Part shown: piece after piece, positions 1 to 9,223 of the stretch | Numbering within the stretch: the stretch's first letter is position 1 | Layout: every line of letters begins with the position of its first letter | Assembly: GCA_022564195.1 (NCBI GenBank) | Contig: JADFLW010000006.1 | Span: 2,474 to 66,473 of the forward strand | Direction of reading: 5' to 3' | Length of the DNA stretch: 64,000 bases | Source: Patescibacteria group bacterium | Lineage (GTDB): Bacteria; Patescibacteriota; Microgenomatia; UBA1400; Chisholmbacteraceae | The notes under the pieces: model-generated | Seen by the model: the letters and a program-made list of their open reading frames with translations, nothing else | What the model was told of the DNA's origin: nothing | Databases searched by the model: none | Translations under genes and position numbers: made by a program

Positions 1-2537
1 TTAGCAATTAATGTATCTGCTAAAGGATGCCAGTCAGTTGTATCTCTGTCTTCAAGAGCATCTATACAACCCTCTCGTAAACTTTTTAGCTCTTCGTCTT
101 CCAAATAGTTATGGAAAACCTGTTGATTCTCTAAGAAAAACTTGATTTCAGCTTGGAACTGGCCGGAGCCTAGAACAGCACTTAGTTTTTTGATCAGCTT
201 TTGTTTGGCAACTTTCTTGTGGTCTAAAGTCGAGAGAGCTTTTAGAAACGGCATGCGATCATCACCGGCTGGCTTGCTAAACGCCACATCCACCAGCTTA
301 TCGTAAAGTGGTGTTAAGTGGTTAAGTATCTCTTTGTCTTCCTGATTTGATTTGGCTACTAAATTTTCTAAATGAGCTAGGGCTTGGCTTGCATCAGCCT
401 CGAACTCATTACTAACTAAGGTGGTTAATTGCGAAATAACATCTTTGTGCAATGTATGTCCAATCTGAGTGACAGCCGTCCATTTATCGGGTAAATAGAT
501 TGCGTCGTTCCAGGGAGGTGTGGTAAAGAAGCTAGCAACATTGACGTTCTCACTAAAGCTGAAATGAAAAATTGAGCTAGCAATTCTACTTCTGACTTTT
601 GCCTGCAAGCTATGAATGAAGTTCTCCTCTTGTAACTTAGTAACTAACCCATCAAAACCGCTAGACCATGAGTGCAGCTCGAGCATTATATCAGCCATGT
701 TTATGGAAATATTTTGCTTCTCATTCGCATCTGCGGGATTAGCCAAAGCTTTTTCTGCCAGTGATAGAAGCTGCTTTTGCTTTTTCTCAGATGCGCCTTG
801 CAGATCTTTTATCAATACCTTTGAATCTGTCGTAGTTTTCAACAGTTGTAAAAACTTGTCCTCGTCTGGGCCTTTCTGGGAAGGAAGCCCTGTAAAACCA
901 GATAAATAGAGGAAATTGTCGGCATTAAAAACCACTGCATCAGTCTCGTCATGAGTGAATTTAGGAGGCAACTTCAAAAGTTCTAAATACTGTCTCTGTT
1001 CCGCTCCACTTAGTAATTCGCTTACGGTCTTGCCTTCGATTGGAGAAGGCTTCCCAGTCTTCCTAGCATCTTTCTCATGAATTGGAACTATATCAGGATG
1101 TAAAATTAATTCCTCATAGAGTGGATAAAAAAGCTCTTGGATCATCAATACTTTTGCTAGCAAGACTGGGTTCTTAAGTACTTCTTTCAAGGTCTGTAGT
1201 TCAATTGTCCTCTGTTGTTTAACAACTTCAGTGGCATTTCTCTCATTCAGGTCTATATCCCCAATCATGTAATTGATGGTGTCCAGGTTGAAGCTCAATG
1301 CGGTCAGAAATCTAGCTACTGCACGAGGGTTGCGCTCAAGGAATTTGTCTAACAAGTTGACAAGTTGTTTCTTGCCCTCTCTTCCTAAATTAGAGATATG
1401 GGCTTTTTTAATCTCACTAGCGATAAATGCTCGGAATCGGACCGGTTCAGGTGAGGGAATTAGCCAATAAACATCGAAAAGTTTCTTGAGAAATCGCCGA
1501 CCCTCTAAGACTTCCTTGCGCCTTGTTAGCTTCTCATCTATTTTGTTTTCCTCAGTATATTCAGGGTCTACATATAGTTTGCTACCTATATACTTTTCAA
1601 TCACTGTGTGGTCGCCAGTTACCACAAACGAACAATGTCGGTGACCGAAAAAGGTTGTGAGTGCATCAAGAATTTCTTTGACAACCTCAGCAGCACAACG
1701 GTCGAGGTCGTCTATAAACACCACGACTTTTCTGTGTTTTTTAAGAATGTCGTTGAATTTTTCTTTAAACTGCTCTGACGTAGTGATCTGGGAGGTAGTT
1801 CGCTTGAAGGCAAAGACGTCCTTTATCAGAAAAAGAGCGACGGGAATCAGAAGTATTTGGAAAATATTACTGCTGAATAGCAAATCTAGCGTCTCTTTAA
1901 AGTGAATGAGGTAGACTATCGATAATTCGTAGAAGCCAGTAGGCCCGATTTGTTTAACTGGGAAAGTGATAAGGTTATAGATTCCCAATAGAAATGCTAA
2001 CAAGATAAATAGGCGTAAAACTCTTCCTACCGAAACTTTTATCTGCGTGGATTCTTGATAAAGATCTGATAAGTCAACATTGCTTTTTAGGTTTTCTGCT
2101 AGCGCCTTCAAAAAAGCTCGTTTCAATGAAATTGGCTCTTGAGAATAATGCCAAGGTTGAAACCAGATTACTTTAAATCCTTTTCCACGGAGAAGGGGTC
2201 GTAGTAGCTTTAAAACCCTAGTTTTACCACTGCCCCACTTACCTGAGATGGCAAAGATTACATTCTTTTGGCCGTGCCTGGAATCAATAACATCAGCAAT
2301 TTTACGAGTATAAACTTTCCTATTTAACTTATCCTCAACATCATTTCTCTCCTCTCTTAGACCAAGTTCCTTGAGTGACTTCACAATTAGTAGCCTAATT
2401 CGTCTATTAAAGTTATTCCATTCCTTCTTAAGCCTCTTCTGCTGACTTTTATACCAACTAAAAACTTGCCCTCTGTATTTTTTGTAGAGGGCAGTCAGCT
2501 TCTTCTTTAACTGATTTACTTCTTTATCAATATTCAT
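1..2537 (-). CDS. KAP family P-loop NTPase (partial; C-terminus lies beyond the window start)
   Basis: Minus-strand ORF from ATG at 2537 running off position 1; absent from the ORF track because it is partial. Walker A GKWGSGKT, KAP-typical Walker B/hhhDDLDRC motif (VVFIDDLDRC), and two hydrophobic helices inserted in the NTPase domain (LRLFILLAFLLGIYNLI, IFQILLIPVALFLI). Confidence 0.75.
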   Translation of the reverse strand, partial: MNIDKEVNQLKKKLTALYKKYRGQVFSWYKSQQKRLKKEWNNFNRRIRLLIVKSLKELGLREERNDVEDKLNRKVYTRKIADVIDSRHGQKNVIFAISGKWGSGKTRVLKLLRPLLRGKGFKVIWFQPWHYSQEPISLKRAFLKALAENLKSNVDLSDLYQESTQIKVSVGRVLRLFILLAFLLGIYNLITFPVKQIGPTGFYELSIVYLIHFKETLDLLFSSNIFQILLIPVALFLIKDVFAFKRTTSQITTSEQFKEKFNDILKKHRKVVVFIDDLDRCAAEVVKEILDALTTFFGHRHCSFVVTGDHTVIEKYIGSKLYVDPEYTEENKIDEKLTRRKEVLEGRRFLKKLFDVYWLIPSPEPVRFRAFIASEIKKAHISNLGREGKKQLVNLLDKFLERNPRAVARFLTALSFNLDTINYMIGDIDLNERNATEVVKQQRTIELQTLKEVLKNPVLLAKVLMIQELFYPLYEELILHPDIVPIHEKDARKTGKPSPIEGKTVSELLSGAEQRQYLELLKLPPKFTHDETDAVVFNADNFLYLSGFTGLPSQKGPDEDKFLQLLKTTTDSKVLIKDLQGASEKKQKQLLSLAEKALANPADANEKQNISINMADIMLELHSWSSGFDGLVTKLQEENFIHSLQAKVRSRIASSIFHFSFSENVNVASFFTTPPWNDAIYLPDKWTAVTQIGHTLHKDVISQLTTLVSNEFEADASQALAHLENLVAKSNQEDKEILNHLTPLYDKLVDVAFSKPAGDDRMPFLKALSTLDHKKVAKQKLIKKLSAVLGSGQFQAEIKFFLENQQVFHNYLEDEELKSLREGCIDALEDRDTTDWHPLADTLIA

Positions 2538-2776
2538 CTCTCATCTCTAGTCATATTATACTCGAACTCGAAGTAAATAGTAGAAATTTTGAGGATAACA
2601 ATCTAAAAATTAACGCCGGAGAAATTCCAGAAGTAATACTTTATACCTCTCCGCCCCTAGAACCGGTTTTAGCCCCAATAGACTAGGTTCTAACGCCAGA
2701 TTTTTTCCTCAATCGGAGGCAATTATCAATAAAAAGGAGTTTGTAATTAAAAAAGATGGGTCCCTGAAACTCTTGG

Positions 2777-3454
2777 TTAATCTTCTAATTCAGATAATTG
2801 GGAGGATAGATCTCTCTCCTCCTGCTCGAGTTCTTGAGCTTCGCTATTGCCCGAGATAAACTCCTCCCATAGTATTCCTCTCCTGCTACGTATCTCTTCC
2901 AAGCGCTTCGTGATCTCTTCTCTTTGCTTTCTTCTTTGTATATACCTCTCTCCCTCTTCCTGGAGAGCTTTCTCTCTAGTCTGGATGCCCAACTTAATCC
3001 TTGGGTGCTTTCTTATCCTGTCCAAAAACTCTTTTTGCTCTGGAGATTCTTCTACCTCTGTAAACCCTTTAAAAGGTGCTTCAGGGCTATCATCTGGGGG
3101 CTCCGCATATCCTTCCCATTCTCTAAATTCTTTCCTAAAAGTATGGGCACTATTTATCAAATCACTGACATGTTCGTTATAGCTATCCCCAAAAAAAGTC
3201 GCTATGTGACGGCCAAGTAGATGGTCAGTTACACTAAACCCGACTTCATGGTTTTCGTCTTCGGGCAAATAACGAATGCCCATGGCAAACTCGTTATATA
3301 CCACCATGGTCCTTCTCAAGTGTGGTAAATTTCCTTGATATATTTCCCAGTGGTCAGCAATGTGTTGTAGGAAGGAGTCAGCCATTGAGATTACCTCTCC
3401 CCTTGTTAGGGCCTGGCTTTCACCTATTGTTTCTGGAGCTGCCATATCATTCAA
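2777..3454 (-). CDS. hypothetical protein (globular N-terminal half, E/R/K-rich coiled-coil C-terminal half)
   Basis: 225-aa ORF directly upstream of, and co-oriented with, the KAP NTPase. No recognisable motif. The 240-bp gap to the KAP start suggests a separate promoter. Confidence 0.5.
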   Translation of the reverse strand: MNDMAAPETIGESQALTRGEVISMADSFLQHIADHWEIYQGNLPHLRRTMVVYNEFAMGIRYLPEDENHEVGFSVTDHLLGRHIATFFGDSYNEHVSDLINSAHTFRKEFREWEGYAEPPDDSPEAPFKGFTEVEESPEQKEFLDRIRKHPRIKLGIQTREKALQEEGERYIQRRKQREEITKRLEEIRSRRGILWEEFISGNSEAQELEQEERDLSSQLSELED

Positions 3455-3490
3455 TAATAATATGAATCTCTTACATTATTACGTAGTGCG

Positions 3491-3506
3491 TGGCTCCCCG
3501 GGCTGG
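3491..3506. repeat. 16-nt exact copy of the 3' end of tRNA-Asn (tggctccccgggctgg)
   Basis: Identical to 3850-3865. It lies on the far side of GIY-YIG ORF 3536-3808, an att-like direct-repeat arrangement. Confidence 0.6.
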
Positions 3507-3535
3507 TGTCTTTCGCTAAAGCTACAGAGCACTTA

Positions 3536-3808
3536 TCAGCCCGAAACATCCTTCTTCAAGACTTCAGAATTAACCAATCTTTTATATGTAAACGCTTTTC
3601 CAGATCCGGTTTTAATATAACGCTCAAAATCTTTAGCCAATTTTTTATTTTCAAAAGCACAATACCAAACAAGTTTCCAAGGAATGTAGGGCTTAGTTGC
3701 TTTTGATAGACCTTTATTGTGTTCTTTAGCTCGTTTTACTACGTCTAATGTGTATCCGTAGTAAAAATCTCTCGATTTTGAGCTGTATAGGATGTAAACG
3801 TAATACAT
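3536..3808 (-). CDS. GIY-YIG nuclease family protein (90 aa)
   Basis: YVYILYS...YYGYT...RAKEHN matches the GIY-YIG catalytic-core pattern. Confidence 0.8.
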   Translation of the reverse strand: MYYVYILYSSKSRDFYYGYTLDVVKRAKEHNKGLSKATKPYIPWKLVWYCAFENKKLAKDFERYIKTGSGKAFTYKRLVNSEVLKKDVSG

Positions 3809-3849
3809 TGGCTATGTTATTTTAGCCATTCTGAAGCCTTGGCGAAAGA

Positions 3850-3924
3850 TGGCTCCCCGGGCTGGACTCGAACCAGCAACCTTGAAGTTAACAGCTTCCT
3901 GCTCTACCATTGAGCTACCGGGGA
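3850..3924 (-). tRNA. tRNA-Asn (anticodon GTT)
   Basis: 75-nt cloverleaf folded by hand: acceptor tccccgg/ccgggga, D-arm gctc-aatggta-gagc, anticodon loop ctGTTaa, T-arm gctgg-ttcgagt-ccagc, CCA encoded. Confidence 0.8.
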
Positions 3925-4160
3925 TCGTTTATTCTATTTCTAAGGAATCTCCGACCAAATCCAGTTCTGAAATATTTTTCTCTCTTCCTCGCGGCTTCCA
4001 TGCTCAGGCAGGCTTCATAATAAACAAGTTTAATCGGCAATCTTTTCTTTGTAGATTTTACTTGACCCTTTTTATGTTTGTTTATCCACTTTATCAAGTC
4101 TGCTGTACTACCAATATAGAGCTTTTTGTCTGCACACAACAAAACATAAGTATATTTCAT
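3915..4160 (-). CDS. GIY-YIG nuclease family protein (81 aa)
   Basis: YVLLCADKKLYIGSTADL...KHKKG motif. Its last codons and TAG stop overlap tRNA-Asn positions 1-10. Confidence 0.75.
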   Translation of the reverse strand: MKYTYVLLCADKKLYIGSTADLIKWINKHKKGQVKSTKKRLPIKLVYYEACLSMEAARKREKYFRTGFGRRFLRNRINDPR

Positions 4161-4227
4161 CCGGGATTGAGCTACCCGTCCGCCATCGCTAGCCGCTCAA
4201 GCGTTGCGGGCGTGGCCGGGGATTATC
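4161..4227 (-). repeat. degenerate partial copy of the tRNA-Asn 5' end (acceptor/D-arm) split by a 39-nt GC-rich insert
   Basis: attgagctacc (4166-4176) equals 3909-3919; ccggggat (4216-4223) equals 3918-3925. It sits immediately 5' of the GIY-YIG start codon. Confidence 0.45.
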
Positions 4228-4299
4228 AAAGAACGCCCAAATTATACCACCTCTGGTTCTATCATGCATGCCAGCTGCCCATAAGGTACAATTACCATC

Positions 4300-4932
4300 A
4301 TGCTTAAAGCAGTCATATTTGACATCGACGGCGTGCTACTGGACTCACAGCAAGCGAATATCAAGTTTTTCCAGGACTTATTAGAAAAGGCTGAATATAA
4401 GCGTCCTTCAGAAAAAGAGGCTTTGCAAGTTCTTCATCTGACAATGTGGGATGCAATAAAGGCGTTGACGAAAGAGCGCTCAAAACCGAAGCTCAAAGTG
4501 GTCTGGGAGATGGGGCATCATGTGAAGTATCCCTTGGAACTTCTCAAAATGCCCAAAGACGCTAAAAGTGTGGTTAAAAAGCTAGGCAAAGATTACAAAT
4601 TAGCAATAGTGACCAGTCGGATCGAAAAAGGCGTGGAGGATTTCTTCCAAATCTCAAATCTGAGAAGGCAATTCAGGGTAGTAGTCTCTTTTGAAGACTA
4701 TACAAACCCCAAGCCTCACCCTGAGCCTTTGCTCGTTGCTCTGAAGAGATTAAAAATGAAACCAAAAGAAGTCGTATACATAGGCGATACTGAATCTGAT
4801 ATAAAATCAGCCAAAGCGGCTGGTATCAAAATTATCATGTATTCAAAGAGTGTTCACAAATCCGCCGACATCAATGTAGCCTCTTTTAAAGAAATCCCAG
4901 GGGCTATAGCAAAAATAAACAAGAAGAGATAG
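4300..4932 (+). CDS. HAD-superfamily hydrolase (phosphatase-like)
   Basis: N-terminal DxDGVLLD motif (VIFDIDGVLLDS) and C-terminal IGDTESDI motif. Confidence 0.8.
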   Translation: MLKAVIFDIDGVLLDSQQANIKFFQDLLEKAEYKRPSEKEALQVLHLTMWDAIKALTKERSKPKLKVVWEMGHHVKYPLELLKMPKDAKSVVKKLGKDYKLAIVTSRIEKGVEDFFQISNLRRQFRVVVSFEDYTNPKPHPEPLLVALKRLKMKPKEVVYIGDTESDIKSAKAAGIKIIMYSKSVHKSADINVASFKEIPGAIAKINKKR

Positions 4933-5043
4933 TTCTTTAACAGTTCAAGTAAGTGAGTGCCCGCGGAGCACAACTCCTCGGCTTCAATTGTTACTAGCCC
5001 GACAGAACGCCAGACCTCTTCTCTTTGTATAATCGCTCTTAAG

Positions 5044-5541
5044 ATGAAATACGATGTTGGAATCATCTTAAGCCACTTCCATACCTGGTTCGGGTTTACC
5101 AGCAGACAAAAGAAGCGGATGGACAAGGGCATCGAACTGCTAAGAAAGGGGAAGGTGCGGTTCTTGATGACAACCGGAGGAAAGGGTGTGTTTAATCCCA
5201 CCGCACGGCCAGTGGGAGAATGGGCAAAAGACTATCTTGTCAAAAATGGAGTCAGTAAACGCAAAATCCTCGTCGAAGACAAATCGACAAGCACTGAACA
5301 AAACGCCAAGTTTGCACTAGAGATAATGAGGAAAAACAGCCTTCACTCTGCAATAGTCATCACCTCCGCTGACCATATGAGCCGGGCGCAAAGAATTTTC
5401 AAGAACGTCTTTCCCAAGAACTATAATCTGGATTTCGTTGTCTCAGACTACTTCTCCGGATTCTGGAGTGTCTGGGATTTCTTTTGGCACGCTGGCGGGT
5501 GGGTAAAATATGCAGTTGATTCGCTCCAAAGGAAGCGGTAA
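5044..5541 (+). CDS. DUF218 / YdcF-ElyC-SanA family protein
   Basis: FLMTTGGKG...STSTEQNA...VITSADHMSRAQ pattern. The ATG at 5044 is preferred over the longer track ORF start. Confidence 0.6.
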   Translation: MKYDVGIILSHFHTWFGFTSRQKKRMDKGIELLRKGKVRFLMTTGGKGVFNPTARPVGEWAKDYLVKNGVSKRKILVEDKSTSTEQNAKFALEIMRKNSLHSAIVITSADHMSRAQRIFKNVFPKNYNLDFVVSDYFSGFWSVWDFFWHAGGWVKYAVDSLQRKR

Positions 5542-5642
5542 GATCCTCCGCTTTCAAAGACGCAAAAATCCGCGAAAACATGCGAAATCGGTGGAAACAA
5601 GCGCTTTACGAGTTGTCTGAATTGGTTTGATAGAATCAAGCT

Positions 5643-6095
5643 ATGAAGAAAAATAAAAAACTTTTGCCCCCAATGTATCTTTTGATATACCTCGTCGCTG
5701 CGGCAGCGCTGCACGTTACGTTCCCGATTACCCAAATCGTTCATCCTCCGTATACCTCCATTGGTATTCCCCTCCTTCTTGTGGGGGGTAGTATCAATCT
5801 CTGGGTAAAGAACATCTTTGACAGAAGACAAACAACCATCATTCCATTTAATAAGTCTTCAGCGCTCATCACGGAAGGTCCCTTCAGTTTCAGTAGAAAT
5901 CCTATGTACTTAGGTATTGTCCTTCTCCTGCTGGGAGTGGCCTTTCTCTTAGGAAGCCTGGCCGCTTTTCTAGCGCCAATTGCGATGTTTATCACCCTCC
6001 AGAGAAAATTCATTCCCTACGAAGAGGGGATGCTTGAAGAGACATTTGGAAAGAAGTACAGAGTTTATAAAAACCGCGTGCGCCGATGGTTGTGA
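5643..6095 (+). CDS. isoprenylcysteine carboxyl methyltransferase (ICMT)/phospholipid methyltransferase family membrane protein
   Basis: Multi-TM protein with the ITEGPFSFSRNPMYLG motif. Confidence 0.7.
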   Translation: MKKNKKLLPPMYLLIYLVAAAALHVTFPITQIVHPPYTSIGIPLLLVGGSINLWVKNIFDRRQTTIIPFNKSSALITEGPFSFSRNPMYLGIVLLLLGVAFLLGSLAAFLAPIAMFITLQRKFIPYEEGMLEETFGKKYRVYKNRVRRWL

Positions 6096-6108
6096 ACAGC
6101 GAGGGCAA

Positions 6109-6755
6109 GTGGAGATCATAAAAAACTACTACGACATTGCCATATTACCTCCGCCGCCGATTGAAGACTACTTATTGCATTGAGCGAAGAGATCAACAAG
6201 CGCTTCGGCTCCAGGTTCGTTTTAGGCGAAAACCAAAACCTCCCGCACATCACGCTTTTACACGCAGCCTTTCCTAAAAGAAATGTAAGGATACTCAAAA
6301 ACAGATTATCCGCTCTTTCCAAAAAGACCCCACCCTTCCAAGCACACGTCAAAGGCTTCCTCGCCTATCCGCAAGCAGGCTTTATGACTGTAGAGGTGGC
6401 TCCGAAAAGCAAATTCGTCACACTCCACAGAGAGGTTAGCACGCTAACAAAAGACTTGATCGACAGAAGCTTTGATTATCGAGCAGTTTGGGATTATCCG
6501 AAATTGCCCAAGAAAGCGAAAAAATACGTTGACAAGTATGCCACCCCTGTTGTCAAGGAATATTTCATCCCCCATATGACCTTGAGTTTGCTAAAGGACA
6601 AGGGAAAACTAGCAGAGGTGGAGGCGACGATGAGCGTAGAGCATCACCGATTCAGGGCAGAGACGCTCGCCCTCTGCACCCTTGCAGAACACCACACTTG
6701 CCAAGAGGTTGTCTTTAGCATCCCTCTAGGAAGGGTTGACAAAAAAGACCCATAA
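6109..6755 (+). pseudogene. 2'-5' RNA ligase-like 2H phosphoesterase (LigT family) with an apparent +1 frameshift near 6178-6183
   Basis: HxT motifs (PHITLLH and PHMTLSL). The conserved N-terminus (EIIKNYYDIAILPPPPIEDYLLH, from GTG 6109) is in another frame and ends at TGA 6181-6183. The main ORF (TTG 6180) is closed just upstream by TGA 6162-6164. Confidence 0.5.
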
Positions 6756-6820
6756 GCTTAGACTCCAACCACTGCCCTATAGAACAAGTTATACTTCCCT
6801 TGGAAAAACGGAACACTGAT

Positions 6821-7453
6821 ATGCAGGAAACGCCGCAACAACCTGCTTCAGGGGGGCAAACCTTTGATGCCCAACCCCCCACCATCAAGAAAAAATCCAA
6901 AAAGAAGTGGCTAGTGATACTCCCGATCCTCATTGTCGTCTTGGCCGCAGGGGCCTTTTTCTTCTCTCGATCCCCGCAAGAAGAGCCGGAAGAACAAGAG
7001 CTGACGCCTATCGAAAGTGAAGAGAGAGAATCACCAACCCCCACCCCAACCCCCGAACCAGTCGACAAAAGCGAAATATCAATACGAGTCCTCAATGGCA
7101 CTGGCATCGCCAGGGAAGCAGCGTTTCTCAGGGGGAAATTGGAAGAGTTGGGCTACAGCGATATCGAATCAGGAAACGCAAGCGACCAAACCCGTGAAAC
7201 GACAGAAGTCTCCTTCGGATCCACTATCCCTGAGGCGGTGAGGGAGGAAATCCGAAATAAGCTCGAGGAAATCTATACAGAGGTAGAGGTCATCACAGGC
7301 AGAGCCACCGACGCTGATATCCTCGTGACCACCGGTCTCCGACCCGGCCAATCGCTCCCCACACCGACGCCGACCGCAGAACCAACTCCAACGCCGACCG
7401 CAACCGAGTCTGCAACACCGACTCCCGCCCCCACCCCAACATCAACTCCGTAA
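6821..7453 (+). CDS. LytR_C (LytR cell-envelope-related transcriptional attenuator C-terminal) domain protein, membrane anchored, with TPTP linkers
   Basis: Single TM helix, then [25 protein letters not shown], typical of LytR_C. Pro/Thr-rich low-complexity tail. Confidence 0.6.
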   Translation: MQETPQQPASGGQTFDAQPPTIKKKSKKKWLVILPILIVVLAAGAFFFSRSPQEEPEEQELTPIESEERESPTPTPTPEPVDKSEISIRVLNGTGIAREAAFLRGKLEELGYSDIESGNASDQTRETTEVSFGSTIPEAVREEIRNKLEEIYTEVEVITGRATDADILVTTGLRPGQSLPTPTPTAEPTPTPTATESATPTPAPTPTSTP

Positions 7454-8521
7454 TCATAAGGAAATTCCAATCTGTTCTGCCACAAACGCGTGAATGCCTC
7501 TCCACTTCCCTACCCCTTCTTTCGGGACGAGGATGGATTGGCCGTCCTTTGATGTTGTTAAGGTGAGAACGTTTTGTTCGGTGAGTTGGGTGGTTGAGTA
7601 GGTGTATGCTGATTCGTCGCCGACAGCTTTAAGGACTGCTTTGACTACATCCTCATCGATATCGGTTTTGATCGTGTGACTCAGTTGATTAAAAAATGGA
7701 ATGACATCATCAAGAGCACCAACCGACAGCAGAGCGTCTTTCATGCCTAAAAGTAAGGCGTGTTGCCGCTGACTTCGAGCAAAATCACCGCCGTGCTGGG
7801 CTGAGTGACGTGAGCGAACAAATTGAAGTACCGTCTCCCCATCCATCAACTGTTTCCCTGCATCAAAGTGAATATGCTCAAAGCGACACGGGAATTGCTT
7901 ATCGATCTCAAAGCCTGAAAGTGTGGTAAGGATCTCTTCAACTTCCTCGGGGCTCCTCCCACAGGCCTCATTCTCTTTTCCCACAACAGGAAAGTAGTAA
8001 TCATCAAAAGTGACCGGCACATCCACCTCGACCCCACCAAGAATATCAATCGCCTCCTTAAATCCATCGAAACCCACTGCAACAACATACTGGATAGGCA
8101 AACCGACAACCGTGCTGACGGCTTGCTTGGCAAGTTCCCCGCCACCCAATACGTAAGCGTTGTTAATCTTGCGATTGCCTTTAGCGTTATTGCCCAATGG
8201 CAGTGTTATCCAGATGTCGCGCGGAACAGAAATAAGCACCACCCGCTTCTGTTCCGGGTCAATACGAACAACGAGCATTGCATCTGTCAGCGCCCCTCCC
8301 GCATGGTCAGCGCCACCATATCCAAGAAGAAGAACATGGTATGCTGCCGGAGAAACAGGTATTGGTATGGGAGATAAATCGAAACGTTCAGCGCTTTGCT
8401 CCGGAATCGGTGACAGAGGCTCCGCAACTTTGACTCTTGAAAGGGTGAAATAGAGATAACTTGCTGTGCTAGATGCTAGATACAAACCAAGAAAGAGCAA
8501 AACAACAAGTATTTTCTTCAT
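7454..8521 (-). CDS. LCP family (LytR-CpsA-Psr) cell-wall glycopolymer transferase
   Basis: [26 protein letters not shown]...ISVPRD signature. Start chosen at MKKILVV (ATG 8521) after an AGGA-like SD. Confidence 0.85.
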   Translation of the reverse strand: MKKILVVLLFLGLYLASSTASYLYFTLSRVKVAEPLSPIPEQSAERFDLSPIPIPVSPAAYHVLLLGYGGADHAGGALTDAMLVVRIDPEQKRVVLISVPRDIWITLPLGNNAKGNRKINNAYVLGGGELAKQAVSTVVGLPIQYVVAVGFDGFKEAIDILGGVEVDVPVTFDDYYFPVVGKENEACGRSPEEVEEILTTLSGFEIDKQFPCRFEHIHFDAGKQLMDGETVLQFVRSRHSAQHGGDFARSQRQHALLLGMKDALLSVGALDDVIPFFNQLSHTIKTDIDEDVVKAVLKAVGDESAYTYSTTQLTEQNVLTLTTSKDGQSILVPKEGVGKWRGIHAFVAEQIGISL

Positions 8522-8729
8522 AGGTAAACGTCCTATGTTCATTGCTAGAAAATAGTATACTGCTAGCCCGGTTTGAAAAAGTTCCTATTTTATTTTTGCT
8601 GATATTACTGCTATAATGCATTTCGTTACTAGTTTAAGGTCTTCTTTCGGTTCTCTTACGGCCACCTTGCCGGCAGGTAGATCTCCAAAGAAGTTTCCGC
8701 ATTGTATGTAGATGAGGGGGTGAAGAAAA

Positions 8730-9017
8730 ATGAGTACCAAATTGTACGTTGGTAATCTTGACTATAGCGTCACTGAAGAACAATTAGGAGAGCTTTTCGC
8801 GCAAGCAGGTAAAGTCACAAGTGCTGTCGTCATCACTGACAGATATTCTGGCCGATCCAAAGGATTTGGCTTTGTTGAAATGAGCAGCGAGGAAGAAGCA
8901 AAAAAAGCAATTGAAGCCTTCAACGGAAAAGACTTCCAAGAGAGAAGTATGGTCGTGAACGAAGCTCGGCCCAGAGAACCAAGAGACTTCCAGCCAGGAA
9001 GAGGCGGCGGTCGTTAA
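8730..9017 (+). CDS. RRM-type RNA-binding protein
   Basis: RNP-2 LYVGNL and RNP-1 KGFGFVEM, with a glycine/arginine-rich tail. Confidence 0.85.
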   Translation: MSTKLYVGNLDYSVTEEQLGELFAQAGKVTSAVVITDRYSGRSKGFGFVEMSSEEEAKKAIEAFNGKDFQERSMVVNEARPREPRDFQPGRGGGR

Positions 9018-9223
9018 TAACCCCCGACTTCGAATCTCTAGTCCCCTGATGGTACAATAATCCATATCTTAAGGATAAGGACTACTGCGGTAAATGGGTG
9101 CTGTTGTTGTTCACCCTAGACTGAGCAGAATATGCGATGCTTGCCGCTAAGCGGGATCTTCTTTGCTGCAGCAGTGGTCGCCCACTCCCACATAAATAAG
9201 GATCAAACAGCAGGAAGCGATCC

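Noticed and set aside
3849-4307. 152-aa plus-strand ORF overlapping tRNA-Asn and the GIY-YIG gene
   Set aside because: Antisense to a well-folded tRNA and a motif-bearing GIY-YIG ORF. Its sequence is low-complexity read-through of structured RNA, so it is treated as spurious.
8543-8729. Long 5' leader of the RRM protein gene as a possible riboswitch or cold-shock-type regulatory RNA
   Set aside because: It contains a palindrome (tgccggca) and an SD, but no recognisable riboswitch consensus. It cannot be supported without a covariance search.
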